Assembly: GCA_050012735.1 (NCBI GenBank)
Contig: JBEKGP010000001.1
Span: 2,055-66,054, forward strand
Length of the DNA: 64,000 bases
Direction of reading: 5' to 3'
From: Candidatus Dormibacteria bacterium
GTDB taxonomy: Bacteria > Chloroflexota > Dormibacteria > Aeolococcales > Aeolococcaceae
In this document: piece after piece, positions 33,375 to 42,881 of the stretch
Layout of the letters: each line of letters opens with the position of its first letter
Position numbering within the stretch: position 1 is the first letter of the stretch
The notes under the pieces: model-generated
What the model was told of the DNA's origin: nothing
Seen by the model: the letters and a program-made list of their open reading frames with translations, nothing else
The model's database searches: none
Translations under genes and position numbers: made by a program

Positions 33375-33896
33375 ATGGAGCCTCGCGTCCGGGTCGCCGT
33401 GTGCCTCACCGCCGCCGACCGGCTGCTTCTGGTCGCCCACCGCAAGGGTGCGCATCGTTACTGGCTGCTGCCGGGGGGAGGGGTGGAGATGGGGGAGACC
33501 CTCGTCGAGGCGACCCGCCGGGAGGTCCGTGAGGAAACCGGTCTGGAGGCGGAGATCGGCCGTCTCCTGATCGTCTGTGACGCCATCGAGCCCGGCGGGC
33601 GCCACCTTGTCAACCTCGTCTTCGCGGCCACCGTGGCAGTGGGGCGACCACCTGGCGGCCTGGGGGTCGTGACGAGCAGCGGTGCGGGGGTCAACCCGGC
33701 CCTCGACCCGGCCATCGACCAGGTCCGCTGGGTCAGCCGTGACGAGCTGCTCGGGCTGGAGCTGCACCCCCCGATCGCGGGTGCCGTCGCCGCCGCCTGG
33801 GCCGGCGGCTTCGCCGGCGAGGTCCAGGTCCTCGGCAACGTCTGGGTGGCGGATCCTAGCCGCCCCGAGGGCCGCACCGAGCCGGCCGGCAGGTAG
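33375..33896 (+). CDS. NUDIX hydrolase
   Basis: The Nudix box is GGGVEMGETLVEATRREVREETGL. Confidence 0.85.
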   Translation: MEPRVRVAVCLTAADRLLLVAHRKGAHRYWLLPGGGVEMGETLVEATRREVREETGLEAEIGRLLIVCDAIEPGGRHLVNLVFAATVAVGRPPGGLGVVTSSGAGVNPALDPAIDQVRWVSRDELLGLELHPPIAGAVAAAWAGGFAGEVQVLGNVWVADPSRPEGRTEPAGR

Positions 33897-33903
33897 CGTC
33901 GCC

Positions 33904-34857
33904 ATGCGGAACCGGGACGATCGGACGGACGGGCGGCTCCCGACGATCCGCTCGACCACCATCGACGTCGATGGTCCGGTCCACGTCGCCGAGTGGGGCG
34001 AGGGGCCGGTTCGGACCATCCTGGTGCACGGGCTGGGCGGCTCCCACCTCAACTGGATGCGCGTGGCGCCGGAGCTGGCGCGGTATGGACGGGTGCTGGC
34101 GCCCGACCTGGCTGGATTCGGCCTCAGCCCGGTCACCGGCCGCCGGGCGACGGTGGCCGCCCAGCGGGCCCTCCTGCATCGCCTGATCCGCCAGACCTGC
34201 GACGGGCCAATCCTCCTCATGGGCAACTCGATGGGCGGTCTCACCGCCCTCGCCGAGGCGGCGCTGCATCCCGATCTCGTCGCCGGCCTCGTGCTCGTGG
34301 ACGCGGTGCTCCCGGGGCCGTGGCGCCAGCGGCGCCCCCGAGCGGTGGTGATCTCCTTCGCCTCCTACCTGCTGTCGCCGCTCGGCCGCAGCCTGCTCCG
34401 GCGCGTCCGGGATCGCGCCTCCGTCGGCGACCTGGTGAAAGGCGCGCTCCGGCTCAACGCGGAGCACTTCGAGCGGATCCCGCCCGATGTGGTCGAGGCG
34501 CACGTGCAGCTCGAGCGGACGCGCGGTCGGATCCCGGACAACGACGGCGCCTACGTCGAAGCCGCCCGCTCGATCGTCCTCGCCCTCGCCCACCCGGGCA
34601 TGCTGGCGAGGATCGTCGACCGGGTCCGGGTCCCGACCCTGATCGTCCACGGCGCGGCCGACCGGCTGGTGCGGGTGGACGCCGCGCTCGACGCGCACCG
34701 GGAGCGCCCGGACTGGGATCTCCAGGTCATGGACGATGTCGGCCACATCCCGATGCTCGAGGCGCCCGAGCGGTTCCTGGAGATCGTCGATGTCTGGCTT
34801 CGGACCGCGGGCCTGGAGACCGCCAGGACGGACCTGCGCCGGTCCGCCCGCATCTAG
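33904..34857 (+). CDS. alpha/beta-fold hydrolase
   Basis: It contains ILVHGLGGSHLNWMRVAPEL, the nucleophile elbow GNSMGG, and C-terminal DDVGHIPMLE. Confidence 0.85.
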   Translation: MRNRDDRTDGRLPTIRSTTIDVDGPVHVAEWGEGPVRTILVHGLGGSHLNWMRVAPELARYGRVLAPDLAGFGLSPVTGRRATVAAQRALLHRLIRQTCDGPILLMGNSMGGLTALAEAALHPDLVAGLVLVDAVLPGPWRQRRPRAVVISFASYLLSPLGRSLLRRVRDRASVGDLVKGALRLNAEHFERIPPDVVEAHVQLERTRGRIPDNDGAYVEAARSIVLALAHPGMLARIVDRVRVPTLIVHGAADRLVRVDAALDAHRERPDWDLQVMDDVGHIPMLEAPERFLEIVDVWLRTAGLETARTDLRRSARI

Positions 34858-34870
34858 AATCGATCTCGCC

Positions 34871-35359
34871 ATGAGGGATCACATTCACCGGTACCGGACC
34901 GAGCTGGCCTGGCACGGCTCCACCGGCGACGGCTACGCCACCTACGACCGCACCCATCGGGTGGACGCGCCTCCTGGCAACGTCAGCCTGACCATGAGCG
35001 CCGACCCGGCCTTCCGGGGGGATCCAGAGCTGCCCAACCCCGAGCAGCTCCTGCTCGCCGCCGCCAGCTCCTGCCAGCTGCTCAGCTTCCTGGCCCTGGT
35101 CGCGCGCGAGGGCATCGACGTGGTCAGCTATGAGGACAGCGCCGAGGCTTTGATGCCTGACGATGACAAACCTGTTCGGATCACGGGGATCACCCTACGG
35201 CCGAGGGTGGTCGTCGCCACCGGAGACCCGGATAGGGTGCGCGAACTGATGGAGCGCGCCCACCACGACTGCTTCATTGCCAACAGCGTCACCGCGGTGA
35301 TCACCATCGAGCCGGAGATCCTTCATGCGGACGCGAGGCCGGAGCTCAAGCTGATCTGA
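34871..35359 (+). CDS. OsmC-family peroxiredoxin-like protein
   Basis: It contains NPEQLLLAAASSCQLLSFL and AHHDCFIANSV, the two conserved Cys contexts of OsmC/Ohr. Confidence 0.85.
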   Translation: MRDHIHRYRTELAWHGSTGDGYATYDRTHRVDAPPGNVSLTMSADPAFRGDPELPNPEQLLLAAASSCQLLSFLALVAREGIDVVSYEDSAEALMPDDDKPVRITGITLRPRVVVATGDPDRVRELMERAHHDCFIANSVTAVITIEPEILHADARPELKLI

Positions 35360-35368
35360 GGCCCCGGG

Positions 35369-36415
35369 TCAGTCCTCGCCGACCTCCCGCAGGTAATCCC
35401 CGAGGCGCGCGTAGGCGGCGCGCTTGCGGCGGTCCGTGATCTCGGTGTAGATGCGAAGCGTCTCCAGGGTGGCGTGGCCCAGAACCTCCTGCACCAGCCG
35501 GACGTCGCCGTCCGTCGCCTCGAGCAGGGTGGTCGCCGCGGTGTGGCGGGCGGTGTGCGGGCTCCGCAGCCCCTCGATCAGACGGAACGCCTCCGGGTCG
35601 AGGGCAAATCTCCGCCGCAGGGCCGTCAGCGCTCGGCGTGCCCCGTCCGTGGTGAGGCGGTTGCCGGCGAGGACGCGCCCACCCGGCATGTCAGGGTGGG
35701 CGACGCTGATGAAGAGCGCCGGAGAGGCATCCTGCCCGCGCGCGAGCAGGTACTCGCGGACGGCCTTCCATGCGTCCTCGGTGAGGAAGACGGAGCGGTG
35801 CTTGCCCCCTTTGCCGAGAACCCGGAACCCCTCGGGCCGGATGTCGCCCCGGTCAAGGCCGCACGCCTCGCTGATCCGGCAGCCGCTGCTGATCAGGAAA
35901 TGGACCAGGGCGCGGTCGCGAAGATCGCGCAATCCCTCCCGGGGGAGGGCGGCGAGCAGCCGGGGGACCGTCTCGGTCGCGATCGGATGGGGGTCGCCGA
36001 CGATGTAGCGGGGCACGACCACACGTCGCGAGAGCTCGGCCGCGGTCCAGCCCTCGTCGTACGCGTAGCGGAGAAACTGGCGCAGCGCCACCAGGGCGCG
36101 GGCCCGGGTGCGCGGGTTGGGGAGGGCCTCGGCCAGCTCGATCTGGTAGCGGCGGAGGGCGGCGGCGTCGAGCCCGTCGCAGAGCACACCGCCCGGCTCG
36201 CGCACGCGGGCGAAGGCGACGAACTTGGCGAGGTCGTACCGGTAGGCGCGGACCGTCGTGAGCGGGCGATTTCGCTGCACCCGCAGATAGTCGAGGAACT
36301 GCTGGACCTGGTCGGGCAGCGGGTCGTCAGGACCCGGAACCTGGCCGACCCAGGCGGGGAGGCGGGGGCGATGCGGCGCGGTGGGGCGACGCTTCTCGGA
36401 AACTCGAGCCGGCAT
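35369..36415 (-). CDS. tyrosine-type site-specific recombinase (XerC/XerD-like)
   Basis: It has an N-terminal SAM-like domain (FLDYLRVQRNRPLTTVRAYRYDL). The catalytic residues sit in GCRISEACGL, GKGGKHR, HTARHTAAT and LGHATLETLRIYTEI. No flanking tRNA, att site or phage genes are seen. Confidence 0.85.
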   Translation of the reverse strand: MPARVSEKRRPTAPHRPRLPAWVGQVPGPDDPLPDQVQQFLDYLRVQRNRPLTTVRAYRYDLAKFVAFARVREPGGVLCDGLDAAALRRYQIELAEALPNPRTRARALVALRQFLRYAYDEGWTAAELSRRVVVPRYIVGDPHPIATETVPRLLAALPREGLRDLRDRALVHFLISSGCRISEACGLDRGDIRPEGFRVLGKGGKHRSVFLTEDAWKAVREYLLARGQDASPALFISVAHPDMPGGRVLAGNRLTTDGARRALTALRRRFALDPEAFRLIEGLRSPHTARHTAATTLLEATDGDVRLVQEVLGHATLETLRIYTEITDRRKRAAYARLGDYLREVGED

Positions 36416-36646
36416 CGGGGTAATGATGCGGCCCGGTGGTCGTCATGGAACGCGCGAAGGTCGATCCCACCCCGCGACCGCCTAAGCAGGGATCGAAGGC
36501 CCCTGGCGGCCCGAACCGGGCGAGGTTAGGCTGTGCACCACCGGTCGGCAGACCAATGGGCAGGCTGGCACGGTGACCGCCGGGCCCTCCTCACCCCACG
36601 GGTCTCTCCTGCCGGAGTCGGTTCGGGTGTCGGCGGGAGGCATGCC

Positions 36647-37555
36647 ATGCGCATCGAGGACGTGCACCGGGTACTCGTGATCGGAAGCGGCACGATGGGC
36701 CTGGAGATCGGCCTCCAGGCCGCAACCCACGGCTATGACGTCGTCGTCTACGAGACCGACGCCGCTGCCCGAGAGGCGGCGCCCGGCCGGCTGCACGGAT
36801 ACGCGGAAGCTCAGGTGTCGGAGGGGGCCCTGGACGCCGGCGAGCTCGACGCGTCGCTGGCCCGGCTGACCGTGACCGCGGATGCGGCCCGAGCCGGCGC
36901 CGCCGCCGACCTCCTGGTCGAATGCGTGCCGGAGGATCCCGAGCTCAAGGGACGGGTTCTCGGTCAGTTCAACCAGCTCTGCCCGCCCCGGGCGGTGTTC
37001 GCGACCAACACCTCGACGCTGCTTCCGTCGATGTACGCCGAGGCAACCGGGCGACCGGACCGATTCGCGGCGCTCCACTTCCACCTTCCCGTGTGGTCGG
37101 CGAACGTCGCCGACGTGATGCCGCATCCGGGCACGTCCGACGAGACCACCGAGCTGCTGGTCGAGTTCGCCCGCCGGCTCGGACAGATCCCGATCCGGAT
37201 GCACCGCGAGAGCATCGGGTACGTCTTCAACGCCGTGTACACGGCGATGAACCGGGCTGCGATCACCCTCGTGGCCAACGACGTGGCCTCCGTCGAGGAC
37301 GTCGACCGCGCCTGCATGGCGATCATGAAGATGCCGGTCGGGCCTTTCGGCGCGCTCGACGCTGTCGGCATCGACACCGCCTGGCACATCACCGAGTACT
37401 GGGCGGGGGTGACCGGGGACGCGCAACTCCGCGCCAACGCCGACTGGCTACGCGGCTACGTGGACAGCGGCCACACCGGTGTCAAGGCGGGCGAGGGCTT
37501 CTACCGGTATCCCGACCCCGCCTACGCGGATCCCGCCTTCGTCAGGGGCGCGTGA
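36647..37555 (+). CDS. 3-hydroxyacyl-CoA (3-hydroxybutyryl-CoA) dehydrogenase family
   Basis: ATG 36647 follows GGGAGG. It has the Rossmann motif VLVIGSGTMG, plus ATNTSTL and HFHLPVWSANVADVMPHPGTS. Confidence 0.85.
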   Translation: MRIEDVHRVLVIGSGTMGLEIGLQAATHGYDVVVYETDAAAREAAPGRLHGYAEAQVSEGALDAGELDASLARLTVTADAARAGAAADLLVECVPEDPELKGRVLGQFNQLCPPRAVFATNTSTLLPSMYAEATGRPDRFAALHFHLPVWSANVADVMPHPGTSDETTELLVEFARRLGQIPIRMHRESIGYVFNAVYTAMNRAAITLVANDVASVEDVDRACMAIMKMPVGPFGALDAVGIDTAWHITEYWAGVTGDAQLRANADWLRGYVDSGHTGVKAGEGFYRYPDPAYADPAFVRGA

Positions 37556-37609
37556 GCCGGGACACCCTGGCGGCTGGAGACGGCTCTCGCAACTCCATCG
37601 GGCGCGGGT

Positions 37610-37627
37610 GCACCACTTGGTGCGTTT
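37610..37627 (+). terminator. small hairpin plus short T-run after the dehydrogenase gene
   Basis: The sequence is GCACC-actt-GGTGC followed by GTTTC. Confidence 0.25.
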
Positions 37628-37658
37628 CAGGGTGGGGGAGGGGAGAGGACTCGCGGAC

Positions 37659-37850
37659 TCAAGCGGACAGACGGAGGTTCACCGAGTAGCAGACAACGGC
37701 CACGGCAAAGCCCACCGACATCAGCATCGCCCCGAAGGGCCGGAGACCCGGGGTGCCGGCGGGCATGATGCGCAGCCGTCAGGGGTCACTCGCCGGGGGC
37801 GCTGATGGCGGCGGTGGCCGCCCAGCAGGAGTGACCCCCTGTTTGACAGG
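37659..37850 (-). pseudogene. decayed paralog fragment of the membrane-protein gene at 43119-43646
   Basis: A 35-codon ORF (37766-37659) reads ...FGAMLMSVGFAVAVVCYSV. The intact gene reads SSMLMSAGFALAVICYVT. About 75% nt identity holds over ~44 nt, and weaker similarity with indels and a stop continues upstream. Confidence 0.4.
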
Positions 37851-38042
37851 CCGAGCGCGGTCCAATCACCGTGTGCGGCTGCGGGCCGATCTTCTAGGAC
37901 TACGAAGGTCGATTGGCCCTAGGGGAAATGAGTATCGACCGAGTATGCTTCCGGTCGTTTCGATGAGCGCAATAGCGTTTCCAGGGTTCGTGTGGGGCCT
38001 CCGGGGAATGGCTCGATTCGCTGCCTGATGCATCACTTCAGG

Positions 38043-38984
38043 ATGAGCAGGAAAGCCCGGCTGAGCTTGCGCGCCGCCGCGGCGGTGATCGTGGTCGCGG
38101 CTGTCCTGGTGGGCCTGGTCGCCTATCTGCGCACCGTGAACATCCAGGTCCTGAATCCCAAGGGCACCATCGCCCTCGAAGAGTTTCATCTCATCGTTTT
38201 CGCCGCCGCCCTCAGCCTCCTAGTGGTCGTTCCCGTCTACGTCTTCGCCATCGCCTTCGCGGTGAAATACCGCGAGGGTCGCAGCAACGCGACGTACGAC
38301 CCCACCCTGGAGGGCAACACCAAGGTGGAGCTGGTGTGGTGGGGGCTGCCCACCCTGCTCATCGTGGTGCTCTCGGTGGTGACCTGGGTCAGCTCCCAGA
38401 CGCTGGATCCCTACCGCTCATTGGGCCCGAGCGCCCGGACCACCACCGTCCAGGTCGTGGCCCTGGACTGGAAATGGCTGTTCATCTACCCCGACGAGCA
38501 CATCGCGTCGGTGAACCGGCTCGTGATTCCCGAGGGCGCCCCCGTCCGCCTGCTGATCACCTCCGACGCACCCATGAACTCGCTCTGGGTCCCTCAACTG
38601 GCCGGCCAGATCTATGCGATGCCCGGGATGCAGACCCAGCTCAACCTGAAGGCCACCGCTCTGGGCAGCTTCACCGGCCTCTCGGCCAACATCAGCGGAG
38701 TCGGCTTCTCCACGATGAACTTCCAGGCCGTCTCGGTCTCGGCCGCCGGTTTCCAGGCCTGGGTCGAGAGGGCCCAAGGTTCGGCGCAGCACCTGGACGC
38801 GGCGAGCTATGCGAGCCTCGCTCAACCGTCGTCGAATGCCCCGGTGTCCTACTACGTCGACGATGACGCGCAGCTCTTCGAGACCATCGTGGGCAGCTAC
38901 CACCAGGGGGCGGGCGCGGCGGTCGGCATGACCGCGGCGGTGGCCGGCGGCGAGCGCGCCGAGCCGGCCCACGAGGCGGCGTGA
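38043..38984 (+). CDS. cyoA: cytochrome bo3-type quinol oxidase subunit II
   Basis: ITSDAPMNSLWVPQLAGQIYAMPGMQTQLNLKA...GLSANISGVGFSTMNF parallels E. coli CyoA and lacks the CuA His/Cys ligands. Alternative starts are at 38028 and 37992. Confidence 0.85.
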   Translation: MSRKARLSLRAAAAVIVVAAVLVGLVAYLRTVNIQVLNPKGTIALEEFHLIVFAAALSLLVVVPVYVFAIAFAVKYREGRSNATYDPTLEGNTKVELVWWGLPTLLIVVLSVVTWVSSQTLDPYRSLGPSARTTTVQVVALDWKWLFIYPDEHIASVNRLVIPEGAPVRLLITSDAPMNSLWVPQLAGQIYAMPGMQTQLNLKATALGSFTGLSANISGVGFSTMNFQAVSVSAAGFQAWVERAQGSAQHLDAASYASLAQPSSNAPVSYYVDDDAQLFETIVGSYHQGAGAAVGMTAAVAGGERAEPAHEAA

Positions 38985-40978
38985 TGACCGTCGCCGGGAT
39001 CTTCGGACGGCTCACCTGGAGCAACCTCTTCCCGAGCGTGCTGGTGACCCAGGCGGCGGTGGTCTCGATCGGGCTCGGGCTGGTCGCCGCGGTCGCCCTG
39101 GTGACCTACCTGCGGCGCTGGCGCTGGCTCTGGAAGGAGTGGCTAACCACGGTCGACCCCAAGCGGATCGGGGTCATGTACATCATCGTGGCGGTGCTGA
39201 TGCTGGTCAGGGGTGGGGTCGACGTGGTCCTCATGCGCGCCCAGCAGGCGACCTCGGTGGGGGCCGCCGCCGGCGTGGTCCCGACCAGCACCTTCCAGCA
39301 ACTCTTCTCAGCTCACGGCACGATCATGATCTTCTTCGTCGCCATGGGGTTGATGTTCGGCATCATCAACCTGGTGGTGCCGCTCCAGATCGGGGCTCGC
39401 GACGTGGCCTTCCCTTTCCTGAACGCCACCAGCTTCTGGCTGTTCTGTGCCGGGATGGTGCTCATCAACGCCTCCCTCGGCGTGGGTGAGTTCTCGGCGG
39501 CGGGATGGCTCGCCTACCCGCCGCTCTCCGAACTCCGGTACAGCCCGGGGGTGGGGGTCGACTACTGGATCTGGAGCTTGCAGATCGCCGGCATCGGCAG
39601 CCTGCTCTCGGGGATCAACTTCTTCGTCACCATCCTCCGGATGCGCTGTCGGGGGATGACCCTGATGCGCATGCCACTCTTCAGCTGGAGCGTGCTGTGC
39701 AGCATGTTCCTGGTCATGTTCGCCTTCCCCGTCCTCACCGTGACCCTGTCACTGCTCTTTCTCGACCGGGCCGTGGGCACCCACTTCTTCACCGCGGGCG
39801 CAGGCGGCGACATGATGATGTACGTCAACCTGATCTGGGCATGGGGCCACCCTGAGGTGTACATCCTCGTGCTGCCCGCCTTCGGGATCTTCTCGGAAGT
39901 GGTCGCGACCTACTCACGTAAGCCGCTCTTCGGGTATGTCTCGATGGTCCTGGCGCTGGCCGCCATCACCCTGCTCTCCTTCACAGTCTGGGTGCACCAC
40001 TTCTTCACCATGGGGGCGGGGGCCGACGTCAACGCCTTCTTCGGGATCATGACGATGGTCATCGCCATTCCCACCGGGGTGAAGATCTTTAACTGGCTGG
40101 CCACGATGTATCGGGGCCGGATCCATTTCAGCGCGCCCATGTACTTCTTCATGGGCTTCGTGTTTCTGTTCACGATGGGCGGGGTCGCCGGGGTCATGCT
40201 GGCGGTGCCGGCCATCGACTATCAGCTCCACAACAGCCTGTTCCTGGTCGCCCACTTCCACACCATGATCGTCAGCGGGGTGCTCTTCGGTGACTTCGCG
40301 GGGCTGATCTACTGGCTTCCCAAGGTCATCGGCTTCAAGATGGACGATCGGCTCCTCAAGTACTCGGCGTGGTGCTGGATCGTGGGCTTCGTGCTCGCCT
40401 TCGGGCCCCTCTACCTGCTCGGCTTCATGGGGGCGACCCGGCGGACCAGCCACTACGCCTCCGACACCGGCTGGCAGCCGCTCTTCGTGGTGGCGGGCCT
40501 GGGTGTGGCGATCATCGCAGTGGGCGTGGCGATCATGTTGCTGCAACTGCTGCTCAGCGTGCAACGGCGGAAGCAGAACCGCGACACCACCGGGGATCCG
40601 TGGAACGGCCGGACCCTGGAGTGGTCGATCCCCTCTCCCGTCCCGGTCTACAACTTCGCGGTGCTGCCCGTGGTGGAGGGCAGGGACGCGTTCTGGGCGG
40701 CCAAGCAGCGGGGCGACGCCTCCGGCGCCGCAGCGGTCCGCTATGAGGACATCCTGCTGCCGGCCAACACCCCGGCCGGGCTGGCGATCGGGATGCTGGC
40801 GTTCGTGGTCGGCTTCACCCTGATCTGGCAGATGTATTGGGCGACCCCGCTGGCGATCCTCGCCATCATCGTGGTCCTGGCGATCCGCACCACCGCCACC
40901 GATGACAGTGAGCGCGTCATCACCGCCGCCGAGGTGGAGGGGATCGAGCGGTCCCGGGCGAGGGCGGGTCTGGCATGA
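38981..40978 (+). CDS. cyoB: cytochrome bo3-type quinol oxidase subunit I
   Basis: It carries heme-copper oxidase signatures: WAWGHPEVYILVLPAFGIFSEV and VWVHHFFTMG. Confidence 0.95.
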   Translation: MMTVAGIFGRLTWSNLFPSVLVTQAAVVSIGLGLVAAVALVTYLRRWRWLWKEWLTTVDPKRIGVMYIIVAVLMLVRGGVDVVLMRAQQATSVGAAAGVVPTSTFQQLFSAHGTIMIFFVAMGLMFGIINLVVPLQIGARDVAFPFLNATSFWLFCAGMVLINASLGVGEFSAAGWLAYPPLSELRYSPGVGVDYWIWSLQIAGIGSLLSGINFFVTILRMRCRGMTLMRMPLFSWSVLCSMFLVMFAFPVLTVTLSLLFLDRAVGTHFFTAGAGGDMMMYVNLIWAWGHPEVYILVLPAFGIFSEVVATYSRKPLFGYVSMVLALAAITLLSFTVWVHHFFTMGAGADVNAFFGIMTMVIAIPTGVKIFNWLATMYRGRIHFSAPMYFFMGFVFLFTMGGVAGVMLAVPAIDYQLHNSLFLVAHFHTMIVSGVLFGDFAGLIYWLPKVIGFKMDDRLLKYSAWCWIVGFVLAFGPLYLLGFMGATRRTSHYASDTGWQPLFVVAGLGVAIIAVGVAIMLLQLLLSVQRRKQNRDTTGDPWNGRTLEWSIPSPVPVYNFAVLPVVEGRDAFWAAKQRGDASGAAAVRYEDILLPANTPAGLAIGMLAFVVGFTLIWQMYWATPLAILAIIVVLAIRTTATDDSERVITAAEVEGIERSRARAGLA

Positions 40979-41586
40979 GCGTACAGGCCGCGCGCGCCGT
41001 TCAAGACCTCGACCACGAGGTGGAGGCCGACGACCGAGCCGTGTTCGGCTTCTGGGTCTATCTCATGACCGACTGCGTCCTCTTCGCGAGCCTGTTCGCG
41101 ACCTACGCGGTCCTGCACAAGAACACCGCGGGCGGCCCGTCCGGCCACCAGCTCTTCGACATGCCCTATGTGCTCGTCGAGACCATGGCCCTGCTCACGA
41201 GCAGCTTCACCTGCGGTCTGGGGATGCTGGCGGCACGCGACGGCCGGAAAAACGCGGTGGTCGCCTGGTTCACCGCGACTTTCGCGCTCGGCGTCACCTT
41301 CCTCACTCTGGAGCTCGCCGAGTTCCACCATCTGGCCACCACCGGGGCGGGGTGGTCGCGGAGCGGCTTCCTCTCCGCGTACTTCACCCTGGTCGGGACC
41401 CACGGAGCCCACATCACGATCGGATTGATCTGGATGGTGGTAATGATCAGCCGGGTGCTGGGGTCGGGGCTGACCCGGGGCAACATCCGCCGCCTCACCC
41501 TGCTCGGCATCTTCTGGCACTTCCTGGATCTGGTCTGGATCTTCATCTTCACCATCGTCTACCTGATGGGAACGGCGCGGGTATGA
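40975..41586 (+). CDS. cyoC: quinol oxidase subunit III
   Basis: FGFWVYLMTDCVLFASLFATYAV... and FWHFLDLVWIFIFTIVYL match subunit III. The start overlaps the cyoB stop. Confidence 0.9.
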   Translation: MSVQAARAVQDLDHEVEADDRAVFGFWVYLMTDCVLFASLFATYAVLHKNTAGGPSGHQLFDMPYVLVETMALLTSSFTCGLGMLAARDGRKNAVVAWFTATFALGVTFLTLELAEFHHLATTGAGWSRSGFLSAYFTLVGTHGAHITIGLIWMVVMISRVLGSGLTRGNIRRLTLLGIFWHFLDLVWIFIFTIVYLMGTARV

Positions 41587-41960
41587 GCCAGCACGCCGGC
41601 ACCGAGCGGCTCGATTCGGGATTGGCCCACGCCGGGGTGCGCTCCTACGTCAGTGGGTTCGCGATCTCGATCCTCCTCACGATCGCGGCCTACCTCATGG
41701 TCACCGATCAGGTGCTGCCCACCGGACCGCTGATCGCCGTGATCCTGGTCGTCGCGCTGGCCCAGTTCGGCACTCAGCTGTACTGCTTCCTTCACCTCGG
41801 CACCGAGTCGCGGCCGCGCTGGAAGCTCCTCATGTTCGTCGCCATGGTGATCATCGTGCTGATCCTGGTGCTCGGCTCGCTCTGGATCATGCGCAACCTC
41901 GACAGCCGGATGACCATCCCTCAGCAGGAGCAGTACATGAACTCCCAGCAGGGGATCTAG
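41583..41960 (+). CDS. cyoD: quinol oxidase subunit IV
   Basis: YVSGFAISILLTIAAYLMV...LAQFGTQLYCFLHLG matches subunit IV. The start overlaps the cyoC stop (ATGA). Confidence 0.85.
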   Translation: MSQHAGTERLDSGLAHAGVRSYVSGFAISILLTIAAYLMVTDQVLPTGPLIAVILVVALAQFGTQLYCFLHLGTESRPRWKLLMFVAMVIIVLILVLGSLWIMRNLDSRMTIPQQEQYMNSQQGI

Positions 41961-41963
41961 GCC

Positions 41964-42821
41964 ATGCGCGGCTGGCGGGCCTATCTCGCCGTGGCCAAGC
42001 CGTCGATGGTCCTGGCCAACGTGCTCACCGCCGCGGCGGGCTTCATGCTCGCCGCTCGAGGTCGGGCCACCTTCACCCTGGCGCCGGCGCTGCTGGGTAC
42101 GGCGCTGGTGGCGGCGGCCGCGTGCGCGGTCAACAACCTGACGGATCGGGAGATCGACCGGAAGATGCCGCGCACTCGGAACCGGCCCCTGGCAACCGGG
42201 ACGGTGTCGGTGGGCAGGGCGATGGCGCTGTACGGGCTCCTGGGCGGCGCCGGGGTCGCCGTTCTGGCCGTGTTCGTCAACTGGCTCACGGTCGCCATCG
42301 GCACCGGCGCTTTTCTCCTCTACACGGTGGGCTACGCGCTGGCCAAGCGGCGCTCAGCTCACGCAACCGTGATCGGCGCCCTCCCCGGCGCGGCCTCGGT
42401 GGTGGGGGGATACTGTGCCGCCAGGGGACGGATCGACGCCACCGTGGTGGTGCTCTTTGTGATGCTTGCGCTCTGGCAGATTCCGCATTTCGCGGCGATC
42501 GCCATCTACCGCGGCGATGAGTACCGTGCCGCCGGTCTGCCCGCGATGATCGTGGCCGAGCGGATGCGAGCCACCAAGCTGGAGATGGTGCTCTGCATGG
42601 GGGCATTCCTGGGCGCAGCCGCCGCGCTCACGCTGGTCGGCGGTGCCGGGATCACCTCACTGGTCATCGCGGCGACCGCCGGTGCCGCGTGGTTGGTGCT
42701 CGGCCTTCGCGGCTTCAGGGCAGTGGACGACACCGCTTGGGGACGCAGGGTGTTCCGCTTCTCCCTGGTCGTGGTGGTTGCGCTCTCGGTATCGATCGGG
42801 GTGGGCGGGATCCTGCCCTGA
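41964..42821 (+). CDS. cyoE: protoheme IX farnesyltransferase (heme O synthase)
   Basis: YLAVAKPSMVLANVLTAAAG...NNLTDREIDRKMPRTRNRPLATG is the UbiA-family motif. Confidence 0.9.
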   Translation: MRGWRAYLAVAKPSMVLANVLTAAAGFMLAARGRATFTLAPALLGTALVAAAACAVNNLTDREIDRKMPRTRNRPLATGTVSVGRAMALYGLLGGAGVAVLAVFVNWLTVAIGTGAFLLYTVGYALAKRRSAHATVIGALPGAASVVGGYCAARGRIDATVVVLFVMLALWQIPHFAAIAIYRGDEYRAAGLPAMIVAERMRATKLEMVLCMGAFLGAAAALTLVGGAGITSLVIAATAGAAWLVLGLRGFRAVDDTAWGRRVFRFSLVVVVALSVSIGVGGILP

Positions 42822-42881
42822 GGCCGGGACCGGGCTCAGGGGCGTTCGTGGGGGAGGCGGCGTGCCATCTCTACCAGGCGT

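Noticed and set aside
35369-36415. The tyrosine recombinase as a marker of a prophage or integrative island.
   Set aside because: The gene abuts OsmC with a 9-bp gap. No tRNA, att repeats, excisionase or phage/plasmid genes are nearby. The domain layout and motifs fit a chromosomal Xer-type enzyme better.
36459-36471. GGTCGATCCCACC, next to the tyrosine recombinase gene, looks like a tRNA T-loop/3' end and could be an att remnant.
   Set aside because: It lacks one T of the TTCGA loop. No complementary T-stem or acceptor stem is present, and no cloverleaf can be drawn. No direct repeat of it is seen elsewhere in the window.
37930-37946. GAGTAT-cgacc-GAGTAT, a direct repeat at 11-bp period upstream of cyoA, as an operator.
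   Set aside because: These are only 6-mers and there is no supporting second copy or palindrome. It is too short to distinguish from chance, so I left it unannotated.
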